A DNA stretch of 57,274 nucleotides, filler included, from Sphacelaria rigidula (lineage: Eukaryota), in the NCBI GenBank assembly GCA_964200075.2. It is 5 parts of 5 records of this genome, joined end to end, with 100 filler letters (N's around TTAATTAATTAA, not from the genome) between each part and the next. Parts side by side here need not be neighbours in the genome. Positions count along the whole stretch, not along the records: positions 22,952 to 34,326 come from CAXNAA020005002.1; positions 34,427 to 45,800 come from CAXNAA020005003.1; 3 more parts are not named here. One strand, written 5' to 3'. The position numbers and the translations under genes are program-made. Positions 23,465-36,270 of the stretch are shown here, piece after piece (positions within the stretch are counted from its first letter, which is position 1; every line of letters begins with the position of its first letter). A model generated the notes under the pieces. It was not told the DNA's origin and did no database searches. It was given only the letters and a program-made list of their open reading frames with translations.

Positions 23465-24237
23465 CACACGCGACCATTCGGCTACCCCCATAAGAAAGAA
23501 CCCTCTATCGCGATTTTCATCCTCTTGAGGATAAAATACTATACCCTCCAGATGATATTTTTGTTTTGTTGAGATGTCACAGATACCACTGAGCTAAACA
23601 GTCAGCGCTGATTGTTTAGCTCAGTGGTATCTGTGGCATCTCAACAAGAACTAATCTCGGAGCCCTTCAGGCTGTGAAGGCATCGGACCCACTTTCACCC
23701 CAGGGTTGCCATCCCTGTAATCAAGGCAAGCTTATCCGTGCTTCTTCTGATCGAGTGACGTACTCCCTGTCTGCTCGCGTTCCGGGAGGCTTACACCCCG
23801 AGTACCCCGAAAAGAAAGAATCGGCCTGATGGCTCAATAGCCTGAAGGGCCTAGGGGTTAGCTTTTGTGTAGATGTCACAGATACCACAGAGCTAGACAG
23901 TCTGACTGTTTAACTCTGTGGTATATGTGACATCTTAACATTTTCTTCCCCAGGTGCGGTCATAAACGAATCGTCTGGAGGGCATCTGATGCTCAAGTGA
24001 CTTCTGAGGTCTGAATCCCTCGAGAGTACAAAAAAGGTGGTGCTCTGCAGGGCCGCGCATCCTCCAAATTCCTCCGGGGGGATGCGCGACCCTCCAGAGG
24101 CAAAACAACCCTCTGGAGGCGTTTGATCCCGCCCCTCTGGAGGACCGCGCACCCTCTGGAGGCGTTTCACTCTTCTGAAGGCTCGAAAAGTTGACCGAAA
24201 CAGAGTATTTCGGGGGCTAGCCGAATGGCCGCGTGTG
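23465..24237. mobile_element. TA-flanked MITE (Tc1/mariner-like), family M3, with a nested foldback element
   Basis: TA|CACACGCGACCATTCGGCTACCCCC ... GGGGGCTAGCCGAATGGCCGCGTGTG|TA; same TIR as 31886-32238; internal CCTCyrGAGG palindromes. Confidence 0.8.
23566..23940. repeat. Foldback element with palindromic termini
   Basis: 82-bp near-perfect palindrome at 23566-23647, related 65-bp palindrome at 23871-23935, and inner inverted arms GCCCTTCAGGCT / AGCCTGAAGGGC. Confidence 0.8.
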
Positions 24238-24555
24238 TATTAGCTGATGAGAGCTCAGACCTTCGGGTCGAGTCGCTCTTCACCGCGAACACTTCGATGC
24301 CGACTGGGCTCGCTGAGGAAGCCGGATATTGGGCATACGGAGTGAACCCATTCACTATTTTTAACCAACAGGAACGCGTTTCGGGTGTAAAGCCCGCAAA
24401 ACCTGCACCAATACGAACACGTCTCGAATGCAACACATTTCCCAGCTGCCGTCTTGATGAAATTTTACGTTAGTCGAGGGTAGTGGGAGAGAACGCCCCG
24501 GACCCTGGTCCCCGCCCTTGAGCGCCAAGGACCGAAAGAATATGTATATGCGTAT

Positions 24556-24807
24556 TGTTGCGTGCTGTCATCCCACCCTCTTCCTGCGGCACTTGCCTCG
24601 TTTTTTATCGCGAGAAGGGTTTATGTAGGGGCCCCTCTCCCTCGTCGCCTGTAAAGTAGTACTTCATGTACTCATCAAATAGTCACTCTCCACTGTAGGG
24701 CATGACGAGGGAAAAAATCCCAGATCGTGTGACTTCACCGAGATCGGGACCCTCGTGCCAAACGTCAGAAGGTTTCGAGGTTATCAACTGAGCCAAGAAA
24801 GCGACCG
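24556..24807 (-). mobile_element. tRNA-derived SINE with head and internally deleted body
   Basis: Links the head (TGGCTCAGTTGATAACCTCGAAACCTTCTGACG) to the CACACGATCTGGGATTTTT body. Confidence 0.75.
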
Positions 24808-26284
24808 CCTCCAACATAGATTGCTTTTCTTAATCTCAAAATGACCCTTTGCATGTGGACGAGTTTAACGATTGGCAACTCCTTACGGTGGCTGTCTGTC
24901 GTGAGAAAATGTAGCCCATGGTGGTGGTCGTTCGATTATGATGCATTGTTGCACCACAACGATGATTTCGTCATCTACAATAGTATGACATAGCTATACC
25001 TCAAGCTCGAGGTTCCCCATATATTTGACAATAGTGTAGTGTAAAGTAGACCGGGAGCCTCGAGTTTGAGATACGATGAGTAAAATTGCTTGGTTGCATC
25101 CATTCAGAGGGAACCAGGACGAGGAATGATGCTTATTCCTGCCGTACCGTGCAAATTGTATGCACAGTACTCAGTTGATGTAGCTGATCAGCACAATCAT
25201 GATGAGTGCAATACGTGAGACCTCGAAGGCAGAATATCTGTCGAGACCATTGAAATCAGTGCATCAAGCCAGTACCAGCAATACCAAGCAACATCAGTAC
25301 ATATTTGCCTCCCCCCTCTCTAAGATCAAGTGACCTGCCTCAGCTGTCATATTCTGATAGCAGGTTGCTTGATCAACGTGTGCTCGGTTCAAATAACTTT
25401 CGTCAGAGGCATCCTACGAAATGGGTAGGAGGGTGGGGATTTTGGGACGTATCTTCCGCGAAATGACACTTCATATCGCCGTTCAAACCAGCAACGTATG
25501 TTTGAACGCGCTTGTTAGCAATGAGACACAGCCATTCATACTGCTTGACACCGTTTTCACCCGAATACAAAAGGACCGCGAGTGTGTCAGGTCGTCTTGC
25601 ATAACTACCGTCCCCTGGTTTCGTGGAAACAAGCATCCCCCCCCCTGTTATCGTAGGATCACTCCTCAGCTTGTTTGACATCAAGTCACGTGTTTCGCCC
25701 CTAATCCGTTCCAGTAGCTTGCCTCACCCGCTTCAAGTTCAAACAACTTGCCTCATCTACCAAGTATCAACTGCAAGAACGTCAAGTGGCCTGCCTCATC
25801 CAGTATGGTATCGATTGAATTGGTTCACATGTACTCAGAGTAAGCAACCCGCCCCCTCTCTTGGATCAAGTAAGTCGTTTTCTACAGGAGTTAGCGTGGC
25901 ACTACTAGCTCTATAGACGACTGAGTAGCCCCCCTCCCCTCCCCCCCTGGAGCGCCGAAAATGAAAAAAATGACGAGAGAGTCCGGGGTGTTCTTTATAC
26001 TACCCTTGGCTAGTACGGGTGAGGGGCTACACAATACATGGTGTGTTGTCATTGGGGTTGGTAATCGCGAGCAAAAAAGAGGTGCTCTGCTAAAAAACCG
26101 TCGGGTTAACTGGCATTGACGATCCACAGGTGATCTTGTGCGAAGAAGAGGTCTAGTGCTAAATCACACGAATTCAGGGTGTTTTGTTTTTGCAGCCGGT
26201 TTTCGGTGCTGGAAGTGGCCAACTTTCGATATAGACATCTCCTTCGTTTGATCTCGTATTCCCGATTCTTTGAACCATTTCTTG

Positions 26285-26405
26285 CGTGTGTATTTATTAT
26301 CCCATCCATTCTGGACGCCATTCTACACCTTTCGGTATATGTGAGCGCACTACCGGAGGTCACGCAGGAGGAAGGTCAACTTACGAGGAGTCTTTTGTTA
26401 TTTTC
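26285..26405 (-). mobile_element. SINE 3' fragment
   Basis: ATCCCATCCATTCTGGACGCC...ACACCTTTCGGTATATGTGAGCGCAC...GGTCACGCAGGAGGAAGGTCAAC matches the SINE body. Confidence 0.7.
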
Positions 26406-27754
26406 ATCACCTAGGCCCCCAAAATTCGGTTTTCGGAATCCAAATTTGTATACCGTGTAGTAGTTATTAACAGCTACCGGTAGGTGAAGGAGCACAACCA
26501 CATTTAGAAGAATTGATGCGGATACGAAGATTTCAATTTTCTGGTTCATCTTCCTCCATGATGAGCTCCATCCTCAAGTTTTCTATCTGCTGTTCATCGA
26601 CGCGTTCGGGTGATTTGGGAAGCGGGTTCGCAGTCCGAGGTCGAATGAAACTCGAATGTACTCCCGCGAGACGTTACGCCTCACCACACCATTGTCTTTG
26701 ACATATTTACTTGGATTCAGCTCGGGACACAGTGTCAAATCTATACCCCGTTCTCAACCTACACCTGCCTGATCATCTCTTGCTGTATTGCCCTGTCAAG
26801 AGTATTCAGTGTTTTCCTGCGCAAGAGGTGTGGTGGGCCCAGCCTAAAGTGCCTGCGAATGGCCACATCTAGTCATACTACTGTGATGGAGTTCGGACCA
26901 GCCCTGCCCTGCTGCTGCAGCCACAGCAAAATCTCAATGACGCTCCTCTACATAAAATACCATCGGACCGAGTACGTTTTGCTTCGCTCCGCGGTAAAGT
27001 ACACTATCGCGGTCCTTGCCATGGTGTTACGAAGTACGGGTATAGACAGCGAAGTTGTATATATTGGTATCTACATTTTGTTTTTTGGTGTTCCAAGCAC
27101 TAGCGGAGGGCAGGCTCAAGATGGAGATCCTACAGGACTACGTGCCCTTCAATGAAATCTCGCTCGCGACGTACGTCTCCTCTGAATCCTAAGAAAACTC
27201 TTGAGCAAGAAAGCCACATTTTTTTATATAAAAGGGTAAACCGAATACTAGACCAACCCCGCCCCCGTCAACCTCCTTCATCCTCCCTGAATTTCACGAT
27301 AAACGCATGTATTTTCGACTAAATGTAGTCCAAGTTGTACTGATGAAATGAAGTGATGGGAACGCTCACTGCAATCGCATATCAATGATTAAGGCGTCAA
27401 CCGCTGCTCCCTCGCGTGGCAGCGCAGAACGTCTTATTCAAGCTTCTTGGAGTACTACCATCCGGAATTGGAGTCAGATTGCTTTCATGTTTGCCTGCAT
27501 CTCGGTGGTTATTATCTCCCTCTAGCGACGTCACATTGATACCAAGTAGTGACCTTAGGCTACCAACAGGTAGCTTATTCTCCCGAAACATCTAACTAGA
27601 CTGAGCTTTCGTAGGTACGCAGAAGATTCTCAGTGCAACTTGTGTGCCAACCTATGCGCATATCCTGCTGTGTTTCAGGCCCTTTCTGCCCCGTGGTCGG
27701 CGTGTCAACATTCAACAGCCGGTTGACGGGATGCCACCTAATCAGCGACACCTT

Positions 27755-30094
27755 ATGATGAGACGGAAGGGCTGGATCGCCACACTTGTTCTGCTCGGGA
27801 TATTCTGCACTGGCGTAGCTTCCGCTCCTTGCAGCAGCAGCGATGCCTCGCATATCTGGGACGTTAAGGATACAGCATCAGCCACAGCCCTGGCTGTCGC
27901 AGTAAACTGCTCTGGTGGGGTGTTCAATGTCAAATGGACAGGAAATGTCGTCGTAGAGCGCGAAATCCATGTAGCGAGTGGAACTTCCCTCAGTGTAGCT
28001 GGAAGTAATTTGGCAGCCGGGATGGAGGGGAGTGGAAATAATCGACTTTTCAACATCGAAAACGCGTCCTTGAATGTGAGCAACATGACCATCAGCAACG
28101 GCCATGCGGCCTTTGGCGGGGCTATCGTTTGTCAGCGCTCAAGCATGTCATTCGACCGGACCTCTTTCATCGATAACGTCGCCGTGGAGGGAAACGGTGG
28201 AGCTCTCCATGTCGCCGACAACTCGGTCGTTTCGTGGAGCGGTCTAACAGCGTTCGTCGGCAATAACGCGTCTGATGGTGGCGGTGGGGCTTTCATTAGT
28301 GACAGCTCCAGCGTCTCATGGCGAGGAAATTCGTCGTTCTCCAACAACACTGCTCACCAGGGAGGTGCTCTCTATGTAGAAAACAACTCCAGTGTCTCCT
28401 GGGAAGCGGAGACATCGTTTGATGGGAACGCTGCAAACTTTACAGGAGGCGCCTTGAATGTGTACAATGGATCAACAGTATCGTGGGGAGCGGTAACGTC
28501 ATTCTCCCGCAACAGCGGACAGTGGGGCGGAGGCGTGCATGTCGAAAACAACTCCAAGGTATCCTGGGAAGCGGAGACTCTGTTCTCAGGCAATCACGCA
28601 ATATTCGATGGCGGTGGGGCTGGATTGGACGTCTACGACGGTTCGAGCGCATCGTGGAGGGCGTTGACTACGTTTATTGACAATAGTGCTCCAATGAACG
28701 GCGGCGCGATACAAGTCAACGCCGCCTCGGTATCGTGGGAAGCAAAGACTGATTTCGTTAGAAATTCTGCAAACAAAAGCCACGGAGGTGCTGTGTTCCT
28801 TTACGAGGGCGCTAGTGCATCTTGGACACGGGAAACGAACTTTTGGAACAACAGCGCGGTGTCCGGGGGTGCCCTCGCTTGTATCCGTTCTAATGCATCG
28901 TGGGAAGGGAATACGTCGTTCTCGGACAATAGCGCTGATGATGGTGGGGGTGCTGTGTCCGCTAGCGAGAGTTCTCGTGCATCTTGGGAGGCACAGACGT
29001 TGTTCATCCGCAACTCTGCAAATAAGTTTGGGGGTGCTTTGAATATCTACAATAAATCCGCTATATCGTGGGAAGGGAATACGTCGTTCTTGGACAATAG
29101 CGCTACTTATGGGGGTGCTGTGATCACTAGCGAGAGTTCTCGTGCATCTTGGGGGGCAGAAACGTCGTTTATCGGCAATTCTGCAACAAATGGTTCTGGA
29201 GGTGCTTTGAATATCTACAGGAACTCCACCGTATCGTGGGAAGGGAAGACGTCCTTCTTCAATAACAACAGCTCTGAAGGAGGGGGAGCAATTTACGCAA
29301 TGAACCGCTCCTATGTGTCTTGGGGAGCAGAAACAGAGTTCGCAAACAACTCAGCAAATGAAGCGGGCGGCGCCGTGCTTGTTGAGTACGGCTCCAGCGT
29401 AACCTGGGGAGCAACCACGTCCTTTTGCAACAATACTGCAGGTAAATCGGGCGGCGCTGTTTCGCTGTCGTCGTCAAACAGGAACAGTGAGAATATCATG
29501 TCGTCCATCATCATCGACGACTCCACGACCTTCGTCGGGAATAGTTGTAACGCTAGTGGAGGGGCATTGGCACTTGTCGGCGTGATAAACACAAGTTTCG
29601 GGGAAAACCCCATGACGTTCGATCGTAATTCTGCGGACTTTGGTGGAGGGGCAGTGTTTGTTGCAGGCTTAGGGACTGGGCCACAGTTCATCGGTGCTAC
29701 GTTCACTTCGAACTCTGCGATTATAGGCGGAGCGGTGTCCGTTACAGGTAGCGGAACGGCAGTTACGAACTATGAATTCGTGGCTCCAACCACCTTCGAC
29801 CAGTGCCGCTTTTCCCATAATACTGCCGAGTTAGCAGGCGGTGCGGTGGACAGCGGAGCAGGTCAAGACAAGTTCACCAATACATTTTTTCTCGGCAACT
29901 TTGCACAAGCTGGAGGAGCTTTGAGTCTCGCCGGTACGGCATCCATATCCAACTGTTCATTCGTAGAGAATATGTCGGCCGAAGACGAAGGACCAGCAAT
30001 CTCTAACGTGGGGTCGATCAGTATCACCAACAAGACTTCCTTCGACAGCAATGCCTTCGACTGTGAGCGTGGGACTTTCCTCAACTATAGCACG
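27755..30094 (+). CDS. Secreted polymorphic-membrane-protein-like (GGA/FxxN beta-helix repeat) adhesin-like protein, first large exon
   Basis: 822-codon ORF; signal-peptide-like MMRRKGWIATLVLLGIFCTGVASA; ~15 units of GGAxxxxxxSxxSWxxxTxFxxNxA; ACG|GTGAGG donor at 30094. No downstream exon recognised; alternative ATG at 27731. Confidence 0.9.
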
Positions 30095-31885
30095 GTGAGG
30101 ATTAACATTTGATCGCAAACATCTACAATGGATTATACCGTGTTCTGAGTACATTGGCAACATGTAGTCTTCAGAGCTTTTCGATACATTGGTCAAAATT
30201 AATATGCTGCATAATAATATACTATCCCTACTGTTGCCATCGTAAGCTGAATATGCATATGTTATTGTCCATTTTTTCATGATTTGTACATGGTGTCCGA
30301 ATACAACGATTGAGGAAAAAAGACGGTATGGCTGTTGCCCACCGCGGCGGCATCACACTCCCAACTGGGGATCAGACCACTAAAATGAATAGTCTTCTCA
30401 GCACCGACGGGTTATCTGCCAGAAAACTATAGATCCGAAAGAGCAATTCCGATTATTCCGCTGTTCATTCCTGCATTTTTCGTGGCAAAATATGACGTTG
30501 CGATAGTGCGAAGCTGACCGTCAGCGACCAGTGCTGAGCTCAATCATGGAAAGTGACAGCTGAGATGCCGTACGAAATACGGCAACGTTACGTCGTACTA
30601 ATACCATAGGTCGAGAGCTGTGAAGTGAACCAGTTGATGCCGTCGGCTAAACTGGGAGTGGAATCGAAGTGGAACTGGCGACGAGGGCGCCAGTTATCCA
30701 GTTTATTCGAGTTTTGCCGTTACCGGCTATATTTGTACCATTTATAGTGTGTATCATATAGCGACGATGCCCACATCAACATACATAACTTAACCGTCCA
30801 TACAGTAGTATAAACATTATACAAATGTTTAGGCTTTACCTGTTAAGCTAGTGAAGTCATTTTTTTATGCTAGTAATCTCACCAAAAAGTATGCTCGTAA
30901 AGTGACATTCATGCTTGCATATATGCTTGCATTTTCAAATCAAGTATGCTCGATTTATGCCCGCAAAAAGGATTTTATGCTCGATTATGCTCGTAATATC
31001 CACTAAGGATACTATTTTCGACCGGATGCAGACCCACCGATCACTAGTAGTTATTAGTATTATTATGTTCGTCACCTTTTTCGCTCGATCTCTCGAACCC
31101 GTGGTCACAGAGTAGAAGGAGCATAGCACCCATACCCATAAATCAAGCAGCCCGTAGAGGAAGGCAAACTAAACATCTACACGAAAAAAAGGGCATACTA
31201 CTGTGTATGCATGTTATATATATATATACGAAGTACTACCTATACCTGCATTAGTACGATTGAATGCCGTATTTTCCGGTTGTCGTACACGATGCACCGT
31301 TGAATATCATCGCGCACTCTCTGTCTACATCTTGTGCTTGCCGCCGCCTAACTGCCGTATAGATAAGACATATGACAGGCAACTTGCTGATTCGGATATC
31401 CATCACAATCTGGCACAATGAGTGTACGTTGTACGCAGCTCGTCACCACACTCGAAATGACAGGTCACGAAACCACATGATGTCTTCACCCGCCGCCTGT
31501 TCCATGTCAAGGAACTCGTGTCCAAGGACAACAAACGAAAAGCTGACATTCGATTGATGAATGATTATTAGATAGATTGTCTTTCATGAACCGATGTCGG
31601 TTTTAATCCAGCGGAAGTCGCAAGATGGGTACAGCCCAGGAAGCAAGGGGCAAAAAAGAAGACACACAAAGGGGTGGAAATTGGGGAACTGCTGGAGTAG
31701 ACAAGAAGAGGTCAGTGGCCAGAGAAAGTACAAAGCCAAAACACGCAAGAGAAAAAAATGGGAAGGCAAGATATGCTGCTGTGCTGCGTGCTGTACGCTG
31801 TACGCCGTGCGCTGTGTACTACCGACTACAGGCTGAAGAGCACGTTGTACGTGTTTATGTTTTGTGTCGTGTGCTTTCATGAAAA

Positions 31886-32238
31886 CACACGCGACGATTT
31901 GGCTACCCCCAAAATTCCTCTAGGTCGGTCAACTTTTCGAGCCTCCAGAGGAATTAAACGCCTCCGGAGGGGTGCGCAGCCCTCCAGAGGAACGTTTTTG
32001 GTTACCTGCAAAGGAATTATAACGTCTCCAGAGGCTTGTTTTGCCTCTGTAGGGCCGCGCATCTCTCCGAAAGGATTGTGCTACCCCCAAATTCCTCCGG
32101 GGGGGTGCGCGGCACTTCAGGTCGGTAGAGTGTGGCTTCCTCCAGAGGGGTTAAAGGCCTCCGGAGGCTTGTTCGGCTTCTGGGGGGCCGCGCATCCCTC
32201 CGGGGGCATTTTGGGTGGTAGCCAAATGGCCGCGTGTG
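31886..32238. mobile_element. MITE family M3, short copy
   Basis: TIR CACACGCGACGATTTGGCTACCCCCAAAA / TTTTGGGTGGTAGCCAAATGGCCGCGTGTG; repeated CCTCCrGAGG motifs. Confidence 0.8.
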
Positions 32239-33235
32239 AACGTTTATCAGACCTGCGATCGATCAGATTGGCAGTTTGAATGACTGGTTCTAGAGCGTAC
32301 ACGTATTCCAGGCCCGCGGTCGATGCTAGCAGAGTTTTTCGCCCAAAATATCAGAGCAGGCTAGCATTTAGATCCTTTTCCCACCCCTACGGTGAAAACG
32401 TATGCTGGATTATGCTCCTAATGTGGGAATTATGCTCGATTATGCTATTTGCTGAAACGCTATGATATTTATCCTACTTGCTCAAACACCATGCTATTTA
32501 TGCCATCAAGGTGGAATTATGCCAGAAATTATGCGACCACAAAAAGTAAAAGCCTGAAAAATATTTCAACTTCGCACCCTATCACAGTCCTGGTTTCTCG
32601 TCCTCGGGCCATAGCGTGTAGGTCAACGGCTGGTCGATCGAATGAGGAAAAATGAAAAAGGAAAACAATATTGACCGAGATCCGGTGGCACGCTTGATGC
32701 GCACCTGCCAAACGCCAAACCTCAGTTACCTACCATTACCAATTGCGTGGTGAAAAGCGATGTGGACATGATGTGACACACCACGCCTCGAAGTGATGGG
32801 GGCGGACTTATGCCAAGGTTTGTCGCTTCAATCCACATCCAAAAAACAGTAACAAACGGTGACACCACAATATACAAAACACACCATGGCTTGCGATTCA
32901 ACTTGATGCGTGTTTTCGTTGCGGAGATGAGAATTTTGCGCCTTTTCCCCACTTGCTGCCAGCCCTTGGCTTATTTTTTCCCACACTCCACTCGTGGATA
33001 ATCTCTGCCGCTCCATACTGCAGATGAGTGATGCTGCGATATCCTACCGCGGGGATACTAGTTCTCACCGTGCCGTACTGTAGCGACAATCGAGTAGGAA
33101 TAGAAAGATGTGGTGCATGCGTTGTGGAGAATGGTGAATGTTACGAATCTAGATTATACAGTCTACGAGCTTCCCCTCCGGGAGGTTGGTATGGGCTTCC
33201 CGGGGGTGGCGCAAGTCGATGATATATTTTGTCAA

Positions 33236-34326
33236 GGTTTCCACGATCTTGAAGTGGCTTTTGTGGATCGCGATCTACACCCCGCGGAAAAGGGCCAGTT
33301 TGAGCGACTTTCGGTGGCCAGAACACGCGCCACAGGTATCAGATGACGCCCAAACCTGAACGGTAATAATGTACCGCTGAGCCTTCTCAGTGCGCTACAA
33401 AAGAAAGCGTGGGAAAAAATGCCTTGCCGCCAGAGAAAACTCGGCAAAAGTGGTGAGAAATGTGAAATGATACATGTACATGGTATACATTGCGCGTAAA
33501 AGCACTGACAGCGCTTGCACGACCTCGCCTCCCGAAGTAAGCACCTCTACAGGCGATACCAAGATACGTACCGCGTATAATAACATCATCCAGAGTGTGC
33601 CCAATACGGATCGATGCTTGTTTGCCGGGGCGGGAGCCACCCAGCAGGTCATCATGTGGAAGTGGCGATGGCATTGCCCAAAATCCGTATTCGCTCCGTG
33701 CGTTTGGCGTGCCACGTAAAAATGTGCCGCCGATCCGGGAATATGCTGTCTGTGTTATGGTCTACCTCTGTGCCAAGTTTCAGGCTGATTCGTTCAGACA
33801 CGGCCGAGAAATCCACAAGCAAAGTAACCCTTGACTTGTACCGAAAATACAGTATTATTAAGCCGTCGAAAGACACATGAGGTGCGTACTTGAATGATTC
33901 TTCCTGTCACCCCTGTCACGAGGACAAACCTGTTATCCCTGTCACAAAGACATCCCACAGTGGGGACGTTTGCCCACTTGTGTGCCTTTTTGAACTCATC
34001 AACGGCTCATTTCACGGTCTTGTGTTTGCTGCTGACTAAGAGCAAGAAGGCAATGTTCAATTGTTGTCAACTGCATTGCTCTCATGCTCTTGTGACATTG
34101 GCGGCATACCCGGTGTGCTCGTGCTCCAAAATGGACCAAAACCCGATAAAGAAACACGGGGGGGAAATACCCCGCCAACAATCATCCTACTGCTCGAAGT
34201 TTTTCATGAACTTGGGAAGGCTTCTGTGGTTCGGGATCGACACCCCGCGAAAAAGAGCCAGTGTGGGCGACTTTCGATAGCCACAACACGCGCCACAGGT
34301 TTCAGATGCCACCCAAACCTGGAAGG
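33236..34326. repeat. Two diverged direct copies (~125 bp) at 33236-33363 and 34199-34326
   Basis: Shared ACACCCCGCG.AAA.G.GCCAGT.TG.GCGACTTTCG.T.GCCA.AACACGCGCCACAGGT.TCAGATG...CCCAAACCTG. Confidence 0.8.
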
Positions 34327-34426
34327 NNNNNNNNNNNNNNNNNNNNNNNNNNNNNNNNNNNNNNNNNNNNTTAATTAATTAANNNNNNNNNNNNNNNNNN
34401 NNNNNNNNNNNNNNNNNNNNNNNNNN
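34327..34426. other. Artificial 100-bp contig spacer
   Basis: N44-TTAATTAATTAA-N44. Confidence 0.99.
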
Positions 34427-34470
34427 CCCATGGAGTCGCCCACGCAAGCCCCCGAGCCCCCCGCAGGCAC

Positions 34471-34573
34471 GGGGGGGGGGGGGGGGGGGCGGGGGGGCGC
34501 GGGGGACGGGGGGGTTCTGGAACAGCATAGATCATAGAACTCGTATGTGTTGAAGATCAATACACAATCCGAG
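34471..34573. repeat. G-run-anchored repeat, near-identical to 45706-45800
   Basis: Gn-ACGGGGGGTTCTGGAACAGCATAGATCATAGAACTCGTATGTGTTGAAGATCAATACAmAATCCGAGG in both places. Confidence 0.9.
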
Positions 34574-35970
34574 GACTGCATGGTCTCCACCCCGGCTGTC
34601 GAAACACCAGAGGTCGCGCGCAGCTGTGTAGTCAACCAAAACAACAAATGCGCTGTAAGGAAATGCGAGGCACCGACCAAGCACCTACAAGTCCGAAGCA
34701 ACAGCAACACATATTTGCTCATCGCTAAGGCTGTGTGCAATCAACAAGGAGCCGAGCCGACGAGTGTGCGCTACAACAGAAAAAATAAGTGCTGCACTCG
34801 ACTGTTTGTATGTTGGATCAAGCACAATATATATATAGAGAGAGATATATGTACCGAAAACAAAACTTGGGTGACCCCCAAAATCAGACAACAGACAGAG
34901 TCAACCGCAGCAGCAGTACAGCAGCTGTAACACGCAAAACAAAAGGAAAGCTTTCGCTGGAGGCCTCAATTGTCAAATGATAAGATGGATTGTCACCGCA
35001 GCTGTCTGGCGCGGGGTGGTGATGACGGATGTCCAAAGGATCAATGACTTTTCAATTGAATGCTTGCTACAGTTGGTTGTATGCTCAGCTGGCGGAGCAA
35101 TAAAACAGATGTGTACAATAGAGAAAGTGAGCAGAACAAGAGGTATATAGTATACCCGAGGGAGACTCACGTATAGTCTCCTTGATCCTGAGGCTCAGTC
35201 ACCACAGAAGGGCGTAGCTGAAGTCTATCAGACGTTGGCGAAGTCTCAATTAGTCCTCTGCTTTACCGCTGGGGCCTTGGGGCGATGAGAGAGTGCTACG
35301 AAAGGGCGACTCCGTGAGGGAAACTCATCTTCCTCAATCCCAAAACACATTTTCATTCAAGTCATAACTCAACTTAGATCCGCTAGGCTCGATCTTCAAA
35401 CCAGCTTACGATCATATCTACCCATAAATCCACGTCAAGCAACATGATAGCGACCAATTACGTACGTAATCCAACAGCTGGCTTGTGGGGCATCGAAAAG
35501 CCGCTGAAATATTCGCCACAGATACATAATTCTAGTACCCGCCGGTCTGCATCCAAGAACGGTAGTTTACTCTGCATCTCCCCATCACATTATATATGCC
35601 TCTCATGGTTGAAGCACTCGCAGACCATGACAAGAGACGAGAGTGCTTCATCCATACCTTGTCCCGCACCACAGAAAGTGTAGACCAACACAAAAAACAA
35701 GGCAAAAGAAAAAAAAACGAACCGATACAGTACAGTGTCCTCGAATTCCGTGAGTATCTCAGGAGGAATCATGGGTGCCCAATGAAAAAAAACATAAAAA
35801 ATCAAACCGATATACCCTAAAATGCGGTGGCCTCAAAAAGCCGTGTGCATTTCCGGTATAGTCACAGGAAATCAGAAGCCCATCCTTGAAACGATCATCA
35901 TACCCTGCAATAATTATATCATGAAAATAGTTTTCTCTTTTCCGGATGTCCGATTTGTTTGAGTTCATTG

Positions 35971-36270
35971 AACAACGTTTTCGTGAGATTGAGGGTAGAG
36001 CGCTGATTGAGAGTGGCTTTGGTAATTCGCTTCAACCTAGCCAATTTCTCATCCCATGTGTGCTTTTTTTTGCCTCCATCACTAGCGTGTACTCACAGCT
36101 ACACGCCAATATCCTACTCAGCGATATCAAGGGCCTCAGTGACAAGCTACTACGGAAAGCACATCGGGTCTTGTGGAGAGGCATTTCAGAACTGAAACGA
36201 CTAATTCACTAATTGACCGCGTTTCACTCTCAATCATATCCTCCACTCTCAATCTCACGAAAACCTTGTT
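35971..36270. mobile_element. 300-bp MITE family M1, copy 3 (4-bp TSD ATTG)
   Basis: ATTG|AACAACGTTTTCGTGAGATTGAG ... CTCAATCTCACGAAAACCTTGTT|ATTG. Confidence 0.92.

Noticed and set aside
25100-26950. Decayed coding-like segments on the minus strand (e.g. ...EQQIENLRMELIMEEDEPEN)
   Set aside because: No recognisable motif or consistent splice pattern; cannot be supported without a search.
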